DNA of 53,510 bases from a virus (taxonomy: Duplodnaviria > Caudoviricetes): positions 1 to 53,510 of the IMG/VR virus record IMGVR_UViG_3300031578_000047; one strand, given 5' to 3'. The position numbers were made by a program, and so were the translations under genes. The notes below the pieces were generated by a model. The model saw only the letters and a list, made by a program, of their open reading frames with translations. It was not told the origin of the DNA and did not search any database. This document shows, piece by piece, positions 27,801 through 34,444 of this stretch (its first letter is position 1; each line of letters opens with the position of its first letter).

Positions 27801-28824
27801 GCATCAGCCAAACTTTTGCAGCGCCAGGTATCGTAATTACAGCCCCCGCGTATGTAGATGGATACACGGCCGTTCCATCAAATGTCCCGCGAGCGTGCTC
27901 GACGATGCCGACGACATTGTTATCCTTGTCCAGCACGACTGCCCACATGCCCTCGCTGGCATTGCGACGAATCTCCGCAAGAACGTGCGCCGCATCTGCA
28001 GGGCCATTGACCCTTGTGATGCCGACAGATATTTCTTTCTCGACCTCAACCTTGACGATCGCATCGTAGTTAGCCTTGGCTTCGATGATGCGCTTGTCGA
28101 CAGGTACGTCAGGGCTGGAGAACAGATCGCCCTGCTTTGGGCCCTTGGTCTTTGGCTCGTTCAGAGATGGATACGGCTCGGTCATCTCGCGCACACCGTT
28201 ATCCCTGAGCTTCATATCCAGCAGGCGATTGGTGATCTCTTGGCCTTCTACCAGCAGATCGAGCAGCTCCGTGCGGATCTCCTCACGCTTGTCCTGCAGA
28301 TCTCGGAAGTTATTGAAGATCTGGAGTTGAGTCTTTCCTTTCAGCATACCCATGACCAGCTTGCCGTTACGCAACAGGTCTCCGGTAGCCGGATGGAAGA
28401 ACATCTCGTTGATGCGTGTCATCAGTGCCGTGTCGTCATAGACATCGATGTCAGGACCACCGGGCTCCCAGTGCCGAAAAATGGACTCGATAAAGTTGAT
28501 GTCGTCAGACACCTGAGCCAGCGCACCGCCAGCATCAGTGAGCTTCTGGATCTCAGCAAGCCGTGTGCGGAGCTTCTTTTCCTCAGCCTGCGCAAACGAT
28601 CGAACCTCACCCAGGACGTCCTTGCGCTCCTGTACCTGCGCACCCTTGCTCGCCGCATAGCTGGCGATGTCGACGATCTTCTTGTCGAGCTCAACAGTCA
28701 GGGCGCGCACGGCCTGCTCATCGGTCATGCCCTGCTCGATGAAGGCTTCCAGTTTCTCGATGTCGGCGGAGCTGATCGGCACGCCGGCCTTCTGAAACTT
28801 CTTGATGCAATCCTTGAGCGCCAT
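21805..28824 (-). CDS. Giant polyvalent internal virion / DNA-ejection protein (2339 aa) with JAB/RadC domains and HExxH zincin-like domain
   Basis: HNHPSGVLEPSQAD JAMM motif; second degenerate RadC-like unit (KISSPAD...); LFVEEVQSDWHQ; DLSTFLHESGH; helical C-terminal ejection-protein region. Confidence 0.85.
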   Translation of the reverse strand: MALKDCIKKFQKAGVPISSADIEKLEAFIEQGMTDEQAVRALTVELDKKIVDIASYAASKGAQVQERKDVLGEVRSFAQAEEKKLRTRLAEIQKLTDAGGALAQVSDDINFIESIFRHWEPGGPDIDVYDDTALMTRINEMFFHPATGDLLRNGKLVMGMLKGKTQLQIFNNFRDLQDKREEIRTELLDLLVEGQEITNRLLDMKLRDNGVREMTEPYPSLNEPKTKGPKQGDLFSSPDVPVDKRIIEAKANYDAIVKVEVEKEISVGITRVNGPADAAHVLAEIRRNASEGMWAVVLDKDNNVVGIVEHARGTFDGTAVYPSTYAGAVITIPGAAKVWLMHNHPSGVLEPSQADERITRRIDQLMEGSGVKVQGHVLVGGGNSQFTEFGEHGVLSRGPITPAARNKKVPVYTRKIRGKQNGRKISSPADTQQVLKDMGNPEGVLMLNNRHHVLGFLSMTPQEMSKLKHTGQSNRLIRALADMNAAAFIVSTKEKNTTAANNMASFGNLADWRMLDALYLENGQTKSMASEGTLSATQTFYQSSIGFTSGLLTAARTMPNGKGKANEMLALLKKQPGVTKAEMEWLGVDEWLEAEAELNNTVTRDQIIKFVENNGIEVVETQALGDAAYKGQSMPNGNKPRDIFLKLPEIAEDTLVFTLDLEHIGEGYPIDDDQADDLFTFIESEPRMAGAVLERENSGQPDLKLTVSNVTEQQYDLLVEEMNALSLNIAKETTTDFRIEAPPAGEKGLQENFGFSHFNEKNILAWMRTTERYGPSGERILFVEEVQSDWHQRGSRYGYRGDEEGLSPEAIKVLDDGIKAAEHERVLATIALDEVLDSSDLLGFDTKGEARRAVRFNRDWAERWDVTDPVAIEAGDRYAMAVESHRQAKALKREALRKVVDAVPNAPFKGRGWPSLAMKRIIRLAAEEGYDQVAWTPGHVQNKRAGREADDSAHVNFYDNELVNLTNKAARKLDKNANVVRNGQRVQTSTGAPFRVELRRNPRLYGQARETLGWYVMDATNRIASGPYELEEVARGIANKKNHQQIRVHSLDITEQMKEAALEGQTLFQKKKGSITFDEVGRATIRLFQSRDLSTFLHESGHLYLEVIGSLAERPEATDKIKADYAKILEYLGVENRGQITREHHELWAESFEKYLYEGKAPSMALQDAFNSFRRWLTDIWRRMRQSPDAIQLTDEIRGVMDRMLATDDEIKAARAVEQLQQTWLTAEAMGVSQEVFEVYRTSIVNANNEELERLTVKAMAALKRDQLTWWKDEKKKVQAEVEAEAHAARVYKALAFLQRGTRPDGSALTRAPFKLDKADLIDRYGKEFVGRLPKPWVYSVEGGVDTDVAATALGYKSANEMIEDLIKVPSMNNWIKAETEARMQQLFPDPLIDGSIAEDAVRIVHNDRRASVLAAEMRQLRELQRRDRAIVSATKKDIQKNRTASRDANKASLPKREELAIIKQAARATIGAKQVKDINPRIYLNAERKAGRRAFELAGQNNFEEAYVEKRKQIVNYEMYRAAVRAKEQSEKIRNYMTKFSKPRVQQRLGKLGVLDRILAVIENVDFANKTLKEVELDAALRDLREAVESGRMVVMPETAEKIFSGNVNWKELTADDLVGLRDIVKQLEKEADLQLKMPVNGEMIVLEEAKEEIISQILDNNQNVTLQKGTKTPKQQRSRELNSAISHWLGPSVLARLVDGEGWGAINRLMINNIRRAYTERLLPMQQKALEDVTKIWTKRYTNAERRRMDRKDFAVVGREQMSRNDVISLALNMGNDGNLTALLNGVDENGQLAYPEADVRAAVAKLESKDWMFVQDIWDYIGSYWPQLSQAMKERRGVSAEKVEPTSFTMVGSDGVEVNLSGGYYPLAYNPEFSDRVKAQIFDDHYTNMGNGVFVSATTRAGATYNRVKNHKNVVALGVFQIDKHLKEITRDIAIGNEVNFVKNLINDKDVRAAFRKTGNLQALNTLNLWLTDAAVGELPANSVVERRIAYIRVGFTKSKLAYNIYTTALQLTGAFQSMAVIGSKSMAMGLGRVMANPVKAWKEAFEMSAFLKVRYGQANAFDKDVQDTSNFLQQNFGGGIPTTAKMAMDKISRTFFWPIAKMQSLVDVTTWYGGYWKGRNEEGLSDADAIFYADAQVELAQTSGFFSDRSNIERGTLSTSTRQQQFIRLWTTLISYMLRKGNIAYMKTQEFKKDIGFISAAQYASDLILLFTLEGLTSALIYGNWPDDAEEPEDYLKFTAEQTALSVLSGVPFAREITTAVYGGGNTPVGGLASDLSDLYIQALQGENDKAAREAFVKSFGTLFHVPASQTNRMLEALIDEDDPELLEYFTGTRD

Positions 28825-29024
28825 CAGTCCTTAGTCTCCAAAAATGCCATGACGAGCGCCATTAAGAGCTCGTCGTCATCGCGGAGTATCCTCTTTCGCC
28901 GCGCGAGATCCGAGCCCATTGGGTGAACTTCCTCGATGGGCGGCACGAACGGAGCCGTCCTGCCGTAGTGCGACGACAGGTTGTGAGAGCTCGCGTATTG
29001 AGATCCTCCATAGTGGCTGCTCAT
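28824..29024 (-). CDS. Small protein with SSHY pentapeptide repeats (66 aa)
   Basis: SSHYG-GSQYA-SSHNL-SSHYG; coupled at both ends. Confidence 0.7.
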   Translation of the reverse strand: MSSHYGGSQYASSHNLSSHYGRTAPFVPPIEEVHPMGSDLARRKRILRDDDELLMALVMAFLETKD

Positions 29025-29608
29025 GTTCCATCCGTGCTCGAAATGTCTCTGCCGCCATTGGCGGAGTCGTCACCAACGATGCGGTCCTTGCTGTCTGCAG
29101 CGTCACGTATTGAGTAGCTTCCATCGACAGCCTGCACGATCTTGCCGGCCGCGTTGGCACGCAGCAGTCGCAGAATCTCGGAGAAGGTCTCGCCGTTCTC
29201 AATCAGGTTGTCAAAGAACAGATCGATGTCAGCCTGCTGGATCTTGCCGGCGATCAGGCCGGCACTGTTCTGCGACAGGATCCGCACCTGGTTGGTCGTG
29301 GCGACGTCTAGGATGTTGTTGTTGGTGTTCTTGAGCGACACCGTGTACTGGCCATCCTCGAAGGTCACGAAGTATGGAGCAATGATCGTGAAGGCCTGCG
29401 CGTAGACGAACCCGGAGATGATATAGCTCGGGTTGTTGCGCTGCGTGTCAGTCCATGGCGCACCTTCCTCGGTTGCCTCGAGGTCCTTGAGGTCGACCCA
29501 AAACTGAGCGGTATCAAGCTCGCGAACCTCTGGCGATACCTGAATGATTGGCATGTCAGCACGCGGCACGAAGATCTCGCCAGTCACCCAGTCGATTGAG
29601 ACAGCCAT
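29021..29608 (-). CDS. Hypothetical virion-cassette protein (195 aa)
   Basis: TAATG/ATGA coupling; acidic, beta-rich. Confidence 0.75.
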   Translation of the reverse strand: MAVSIDWVTGEIFVPRADMPIIQVSPEVRELDTAQFWVDLKDLEATEEGAPWTDTQRNNPSYIISGFVYAQAFTIIAPYFVTFEDGQYTVSLKNTNNNILDVATTNQVRILSQNSAGLIAGKIQQADIDLFFDNLIENGETFSEILRLLRANAAGKIVQAVDGSYSIRDAADSKDRIVGDDSANGGRDISSTDGT

Positions 29609-31251
29609 TATTCGTCACTCACCATGGTAATCGTCGCGCTGAGACCTGATGCGCCGATCGTGTCGTTGATGTTCACGCGCTTATAGACCGGGCTGTTGGT
29701 GCCCTTGGCCACGTAGCCAACAACAGACTGTGGCGTTGAGCCGGCGTAACTGGTGGTGACAATTCCACTGACATTAGTGATGTCGAAAGAGATGATGTCA
29801 GTGCCGCCAGACTCCTCGAGGAACACCTTGGCCCCTTCAATCGGGTTGCCGTCCGTGTCCTGCACGGTGATCGTTACGGTGACGGTCTGGTTGACTGTGA
29901 CTGTTCCGGTGTAGCCTGCCGCGCGCTCGTAGCTAAAGGTGCCAGTGCCGTTAGATACGTTGATTGTGACGTCACCGTCTGCTGCATTGTCGACAAGGAA
30001 CACAGTGTTCCCCGTAGAACCGTTACTCGTAGTCTCGTAGCCGCTGACCTCATAGCCGTCAATATTGAAGGTCGTCAGCGAAGCCGTGTTCAGCGAGATC
30101 TCGATGGCGTGGCCAGTGCCGTCAGAGTTGAACGTCAGGTTATCCTGGGCCTCCTCGTCGGAGCTCGCATCCCAGAGAATCGCACCGAGCGGATCATTCG
30201 AGCCGTTGAACACCAATCCATCGCACGGCAGCGTGGACAGGTAAACCTGATCGCAGTTGTTGAAGATGCAATCATTCGCAAGGCGACTGGTGCCACCAGT
30301 GACCGGGAAGGTGATCGCACCGATATTGGTCATCGTTACTGCAGTCAGCGAAAGGGTGTCGATGTTTGTATCCGACATATCGAAGATCGCTCGAGTGCCG
30401 GTGTTGACAATGACCACGTTATTGAGCACGAAACTGATGGTGTCGGTCGCGTTAGCCACTACGCGGAACAGGAAGTTGCCGGTGCCGATGGCTCGACCAC
30501 CAGCGTTGTCACCGATCCAGAACCACTGTTCGCCGGTCGCCGTGAAATACGCATCGGCGTTGGCGGCAGGCTCGCCCCACTCGGTAGACCCAAAAAATCC
30601 GTACTGCTCACCAAGCGGGTTATTGGTGAGACCCCAACCGTTCGTGACGTCATCGCCCTGCACATCGGCCATGGTCTCTGGAGTGCCTGACGTACCGCCA
30701 TTGATGCGCAGCGCATAGGCGCCGTTCGTGTGGAAGCTCATGCGGTCAAGGAAGATGTTGGCTACGTTACCAACCGCCTTGGCAAGGTGAAGGGTGCCAA
30801 TGCCGACCGATGTTATTGCTGTCTGGTCGAGGTTTGCCTCGGTTCCTGCATAGGCATTGAACGATCCCGGTGTCGCCACGACCACGGAGACATCCAGCTT
30901 GTAGGCGTTATAGAACGGGACTAGCGGCAGGCCGACCGCATTGTTGCCGGCCATGTCGTAACCGATACGATCTGTGCCGTCGCCAATTACTCCCTGGGTG
31001 CCGCCGTTCGCATAGGTGTCGACGAGGTTATCTTTCAGCAACCAGTAGACAGTTGAGTCCGACAGGTCTCGAGTGCCGCCGATCGATGTCGTGTACATAT
31101 GCTCGTCGGCATTGGTGTGCTGCGACTGGATCGAGCCGGAGCCCTCATACCGCTGGCCGGTCGTCGTGTTGACGGTTGGCGTTGGACCGTCACCGAGAAA
31201 TCCGGTTGCCGAGTCACAAGCGTTGAGAGTTGTGCGGAGGTCTGTGCTCAT
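29608..31251 (-). CDS. Putative virion appendage protein with beta-helix-like middle and C-terminal carboxypeptidase-regulatory/Ig-like domain (547 aa)
   Basis: ITVQDTDGNPIEGAKVFL motif; N/D/T/G-rich repeats. Confidence 0.7.
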   Translation of the reverse strand: MSTDLRTTLNACDSATGFLGDGPTPTVNTTTGQRYEGSGSIQSQHTNADEHMYTTSIGGTRDLSDSTVYWLLKDNLVDTYANGGTQGVIGDGTDRIGYDMAGNNAVGLPLVPFYNAYKLDVSVVVATPGSFNAYAGTEANLDQTAITSVGIGTLHLAKAVGNVANIFLDRMSFHTNGAYALRINGGTSGTPETMADVQGDDVTNGWGLTNNPLGEQYGFFGSTEWGEPAANADAYFTATGEQWFWIGDNAGGRAIGTGNFLFRVVANATDTISFVLNNVVIVNTGTRAIFDMSDTNIDTLSLTAVTMTNIGAITFPVTGGTSRLANDCIFNNCDQVYLSTLPCDGLVFNGSNDPLGAILWDASSDEEAQDNLTFNSDGTGHAIEISLNTASLTTFNIDGYEVSGYETTSNGSTGNTVFLVDNAADGDVTINVSNGTGTFSYERAAGYTGTVTVNQTVTVTITVQDTDGNPIEGAKVFLEESGGTDIISFDITNVSGIVTTSYAGSTPQSVVGYVAKGTNSPVYKRVNINDTIGASGLSATITMVSDE

Positions 31252-31646
31252 TGTCCGTGCAAGTAGTGCAGGACAATAGCAGCAGCGTTGACGCCATATA
31301 GATCAGTTGGATTCAGGCTCGGAATCTTCACGCAAATATCTTCCGGGCGAGACAGATGACCGTTGCCCTGATTGGTGTTACCGAAAACGAGAACCTTGTC
31401 TCCGGATGGAATATCTGACAGTGCGCAATCCCCATCTGGCTCAAAGAAAATACGGATGCCAGTGCTGGCATCGAGGCACTCCTCCATGGTGGAGAAGTGC
31501 CCGATGCTTACACCAGACATGACAGGGACGATTGGCGTGACGTTGAACACATCAATACCGTAGGCGCCGCGCAACTGGCGCCACATGCGCCACTCAGTAT
31601 CAGGCGGTAATTGTGCCTCGTCCCATCTTGTGCAGATTGTCCTCAT
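31248..31646 (-). CDS. Minimal SPOUT (SpoU/TrmL-like) methyltransferase-fold protein (132 aa)
   Basis: KVLVFGNTNQG...ICVKIPS...DLYGVNAAAIVLHYL parallels the SPOUT knot motifs lvFG.E..G / v.IP / SLN...a.ai.ly. Confidence 0.62.
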   Translation of the reverse strand: MRTICTRWDEAQLPPDTEWRMWRQLRGAYGIDVFNVTPIVPVMSGVSIGHFSTMEECLDASTGIRIFFEPDGDCALSDIPSGDKVLVFGNTNQGNGHLSRPEDICVKIPSLNPTDLYGVNAAAIVLHYLHGQ

Positions 31647-31648
31647 GT

Positions 31649-34033
31649 TTACGCATCCGGAGTCCGAATCGTCGAGATGCTGAAGGCGCCAAATGATGCA
31701 GTCGTCTTAAACGTCTTGATTGGATCCGGTGATCCACCGCGGCGTACCGTCACAGCCACCGAGTTTGGAGTCGTATAGGTTGCCGTGTACGACTCACTGG
31801 TCGTAAAGGTCTGCTCATCGATGAACGCTCGGAACAGATTGTTGCCAGAGGTTGCAGCGTTCGGAACCGTACCGACGAGAGTGAATACGCCTGTGCCGGC
31901 TACATACGAGCTGTATTCCAGCAGATCGTAGTTGCCGTCAGAGTCGCGCTCAAGTCGCAGGAAGCCTGCTGCAGGAGTGTTCGCCGGGATGTTGCCGCCG
32001 CCAACAGTAACGATACCTTCGCCGCCAGCGAGCGTGACGGTTATTGTCATCTCGTCGAAGTCTGGCTCTGCATCGCCGTTGATGTCGAGTGTCGATCCGT
32101 CCCATGGGTACACGGTGACGTAGTCGCCAGAGACAAGGTTTGTAACCGTACCGGAGCGATTGTCTGGCGGAGCAATCGTGACTTCCAGCAGGTTCGGGAA
32201 GCTGTCGCCGGCAATCGCGTCTGTAGGATCGATTGCAATGCCAAAGTTCGTCTGGAAGTTGGTGCCAGTAAACAGACCGACAAACTGGTTGTTGATCGTT
32301 CGAGTCGAAATTGCACCAGCAACATCGATTGTCTGCAGCGAGGTAGCACCGTAAAGCGTCTGATTGTCAGCCGGAACAACACCAGTGAGCTGCTGGCCGT
32401 AGATGTTGCCATCTGTGCCGTTATCAAAGATCGCGTAAGCGAAGATCTGACCGGATGCTGAGTTATTGACTACCGTGCCAGAGGTTGCAGTCGTTTCTGC
32501 AGCGCCGCGCAGCGTGGTCAATGCCTCGGTGTTGTTGAACGTGCCAGTGACGTCAGCCAGGATCAGCGTGCCAGTCGTTCCTTGGTCATCAAGATAGATG
32601 ACTCGACCGCGACCGCCGCCTGCGCCCTCAATGGTGTCACCAATGACAAACGGACCAGATGTTTCGCCGGTGTATGGGACCTCAGTACCGTAGGCCAGAA
32701 CCTCTGGCTCAGTCAGGTTGCCACTCTCCGCGTCGTAGGCAAAGTTACGATTAAAGCCAGTGAACAACTGAGCGTTGCGACCAAACAGGGTCTCGGCCGT
32801 GCCGCGCCTCTGGATGTACTTGGTGTACTCGTAAGTCTCGAGCGCATTCTCTGTGTCGAAATCAATCGACAGGCCGAATGGCGTGGTGCCAGATCCCTCG
32901 TTGTAATCGAGCACCTGGTAGCCCTCAGTAAGGACTGGCGAGTAAGCAGCAACCGTGCCGGAAGCCGTGTTGTTGTTCGCGTCACCAGATGAGAACAATG
33001 CGAGCGAGGTTTCGGCAGTACCGAGTGTCGTGAAGCCCTCAAAGTAGTTCTCGCCATACTCGAGCAGCTTGCCTTTGACTCGCTGGCCGTCGATGCGGAC
33101 ACCAGCCTCAATCGTCTTGACCAAGATCCGGACCTTGCCTCGTACCGAATCAGGCATGTAGGCGTTGTTCCAGTAATCCGTGATGATCCCATCTTCCTGA
33201 ATCAGGATCGGGCGAGTCGTAGCAAGAGGCGTCGTTACCTGCACACCAAGGCCAGAGTACAGCTCGCGCGTATTGCCTGAGCCCTGATCGATGGACCCGC
33301 CGTACATATGCTGCGCGACGGTATCGTTGATATTCACAGCGCCAAGCAGTCGGATAATTTCGTCCGTTGATCGATCTGATGCGGTCGGATCAATGATCGA
33401 CAGATCATCGTCGCCGGCGATCGTTTCGTCATCGTTGAGATCAGACAGGAGCCTGTGCAGCTCAAGCGGACTGTAAGCGCGAGGATGTACCTCGCCATTC
33501 AGTGTGCCGTCGCCGGCGATGTCGCCAGTGAAAGTATCGTTGTTGACAGGAATGCTGGCATCGAGGTCAGTTATGAAGCGGACTGACAGTTCACCAGTAG
33601 CGCCGGCATCAGATTCGACGGTAATGACTTCACACTGTTCGCCGCCAGAGAAAGTCAGGATCTCTCCAGCCACCACGTTGGATGTCTGACCATCGAAGAA
33701 GAAGCTGTGCGTTGCACCCAATGCAGGGCCGGTCCATGTAACTGCGCCGCTCGCAGCCACCGCTACGTCATCGCGAGCGTAGGCCGGATACAACAGCAAG
33801 TTCGAGGTGTCCACATCAGCCGTGACGCCACCCTGGGTCAAGGTGTCCGCTGCATCAGGGACGATTGATCCGTCAATGATCGCGATAGCCATTTTTCCAG
33901 TATTACCACCGAGGTCGATGTCCCAAACAATAAAGCCTGAGTCAGCGGCAGCGTTCCATGTGACAAAAGCGCCTTCCTCGGCAAAGCTACCGCCTGCGCG
34001 GCCGCTGTATTCGAGTGTGTAGTAAGTGGTCAT
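31649..34033 (-). CDS. Acidic repeat-containing virion protein (794 aa)
   Basis: AGGA RBS; repeated units such as FVIGDTIEGAGGGRGRVI, VVAGEILTFSGG, FNNTEALTT. Confidence 0.75.
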   Translation of the reverse strand: MTTYYTLEYSGRAGGSFAEEGAFVTWNAAADSGFIVWDIDLGGNTGKMAIAIIDGSIVPDAADTLTQGGVTADVDTSNLLLYPAYARDDVAVAASGAVTWTGPALGATHSFFFDGQTSNVVAGEILTFSGGEQCEVITVESDAGATGELSVRFITDLDASIPVNNDTFTGDIAGDGTLNGEVHPRAYSPLELHRLLSDLNDDETIAGDDDLSIIDPTASDRSTDEIIRLLGAVNINDTVAQHMYGGSIDQGSGNTRELYSGLGVQVTTPLATTRPILIQEDGIITDYWNNAYMPDSVRGKVRILVKTIEAGVRIDGQRVKGKLLEYGENYFEGFTTLGTAETSLALFSSGDANNNTASGTVAAYSPVLTEGYQVLDYNEGSGTTPFGLSIDFDTENALETYEYTKYIQRRGTAETLFGRNAQLFTGFNRNFAYDAESGNLTEPEVLAYGTEVPYTGETSGPFVIGDTIEGAGGGRGRVIYLDDQGTTGTLILADVTGTFNNTEALTTLRGAAETTATSGTVVNNSASGQIFAYAIFDNGTDGNIYGQQLTGVVPADNQTLYGATSLQTIDVAGAISTRTINNQFVGLFTGTNFQTNFGIAIDPTDAIAGDSFPNLLEVTIAPPDNRSGTVTNLVSGDYVTVYPWDGSTLDINGDAEPDFDEMTITVTLAGGEGIVTVGGGNIPANTPAAGFLRLERDSDGNYDLLEYSSYVAGTGVFTLVGTVPNAATSGNNLFRAFIDEQTFTTSESYTATYTTPNSVAVTVRRGGSPDPIKTFKTTASFGAFSISTIRTPDA

Positions 34034-34042
34034 TCCTAGCTC

Positions 34043-34444
34043 CTAGTTAATAGTGCGTCCCTGCGGCGTTGCCACAATTTTTGAGATATATCCCTGATTT
34101 GATCGCTGAACATCGAACTCATAGGTGATCCGGCCACGCTCTGCGTTGGCGGTCTGGATCTCTGTGAGGACGGTTTGCAATGGGGCCAAGTCAACTGGCG
34201 ACCCCTTGGGTCCTGCGTTCTGTTGACGAATAAGTGCCTGCAGGGTAGCGAGCACTTCAAGTTGGCTTTGGCTGCGGGCGAGGTCTGCTTCAGCTCGCTC
34301 CTGGCTGGCTTGTACGAGGGCGTCCATCTTCTCAAGCAGCTCACCGAATCGCTCAATGGTCATAGGCTCCGCTTCAGACTCAATGAGATCACCGCCCTCG
34401 ATCATCTCGAGGTACTCGGAGTCGCTGACTTTCCGTTTAGCCAT
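34043..34444 (-). CDS. Coiled-coil protein with C-terminal beta-hairpin (133 aa)
   Basis: Overlaps the 869-aa gene stop; ITYEFDVQRSNQGYISKIVA. Confidence 0.7.
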   Translation of the reverse strand: MAKRKVSDSEYLEMIEGGDLIESEAEPMTIERFGELLEKMDALVQASQERAEADLARSQSQLEVLATLQALIRQQNAGPKGSPVDLAPLQTVLTEIQTANAERGRITYEFDVQRSNQGYISKIVATPQGRTIN

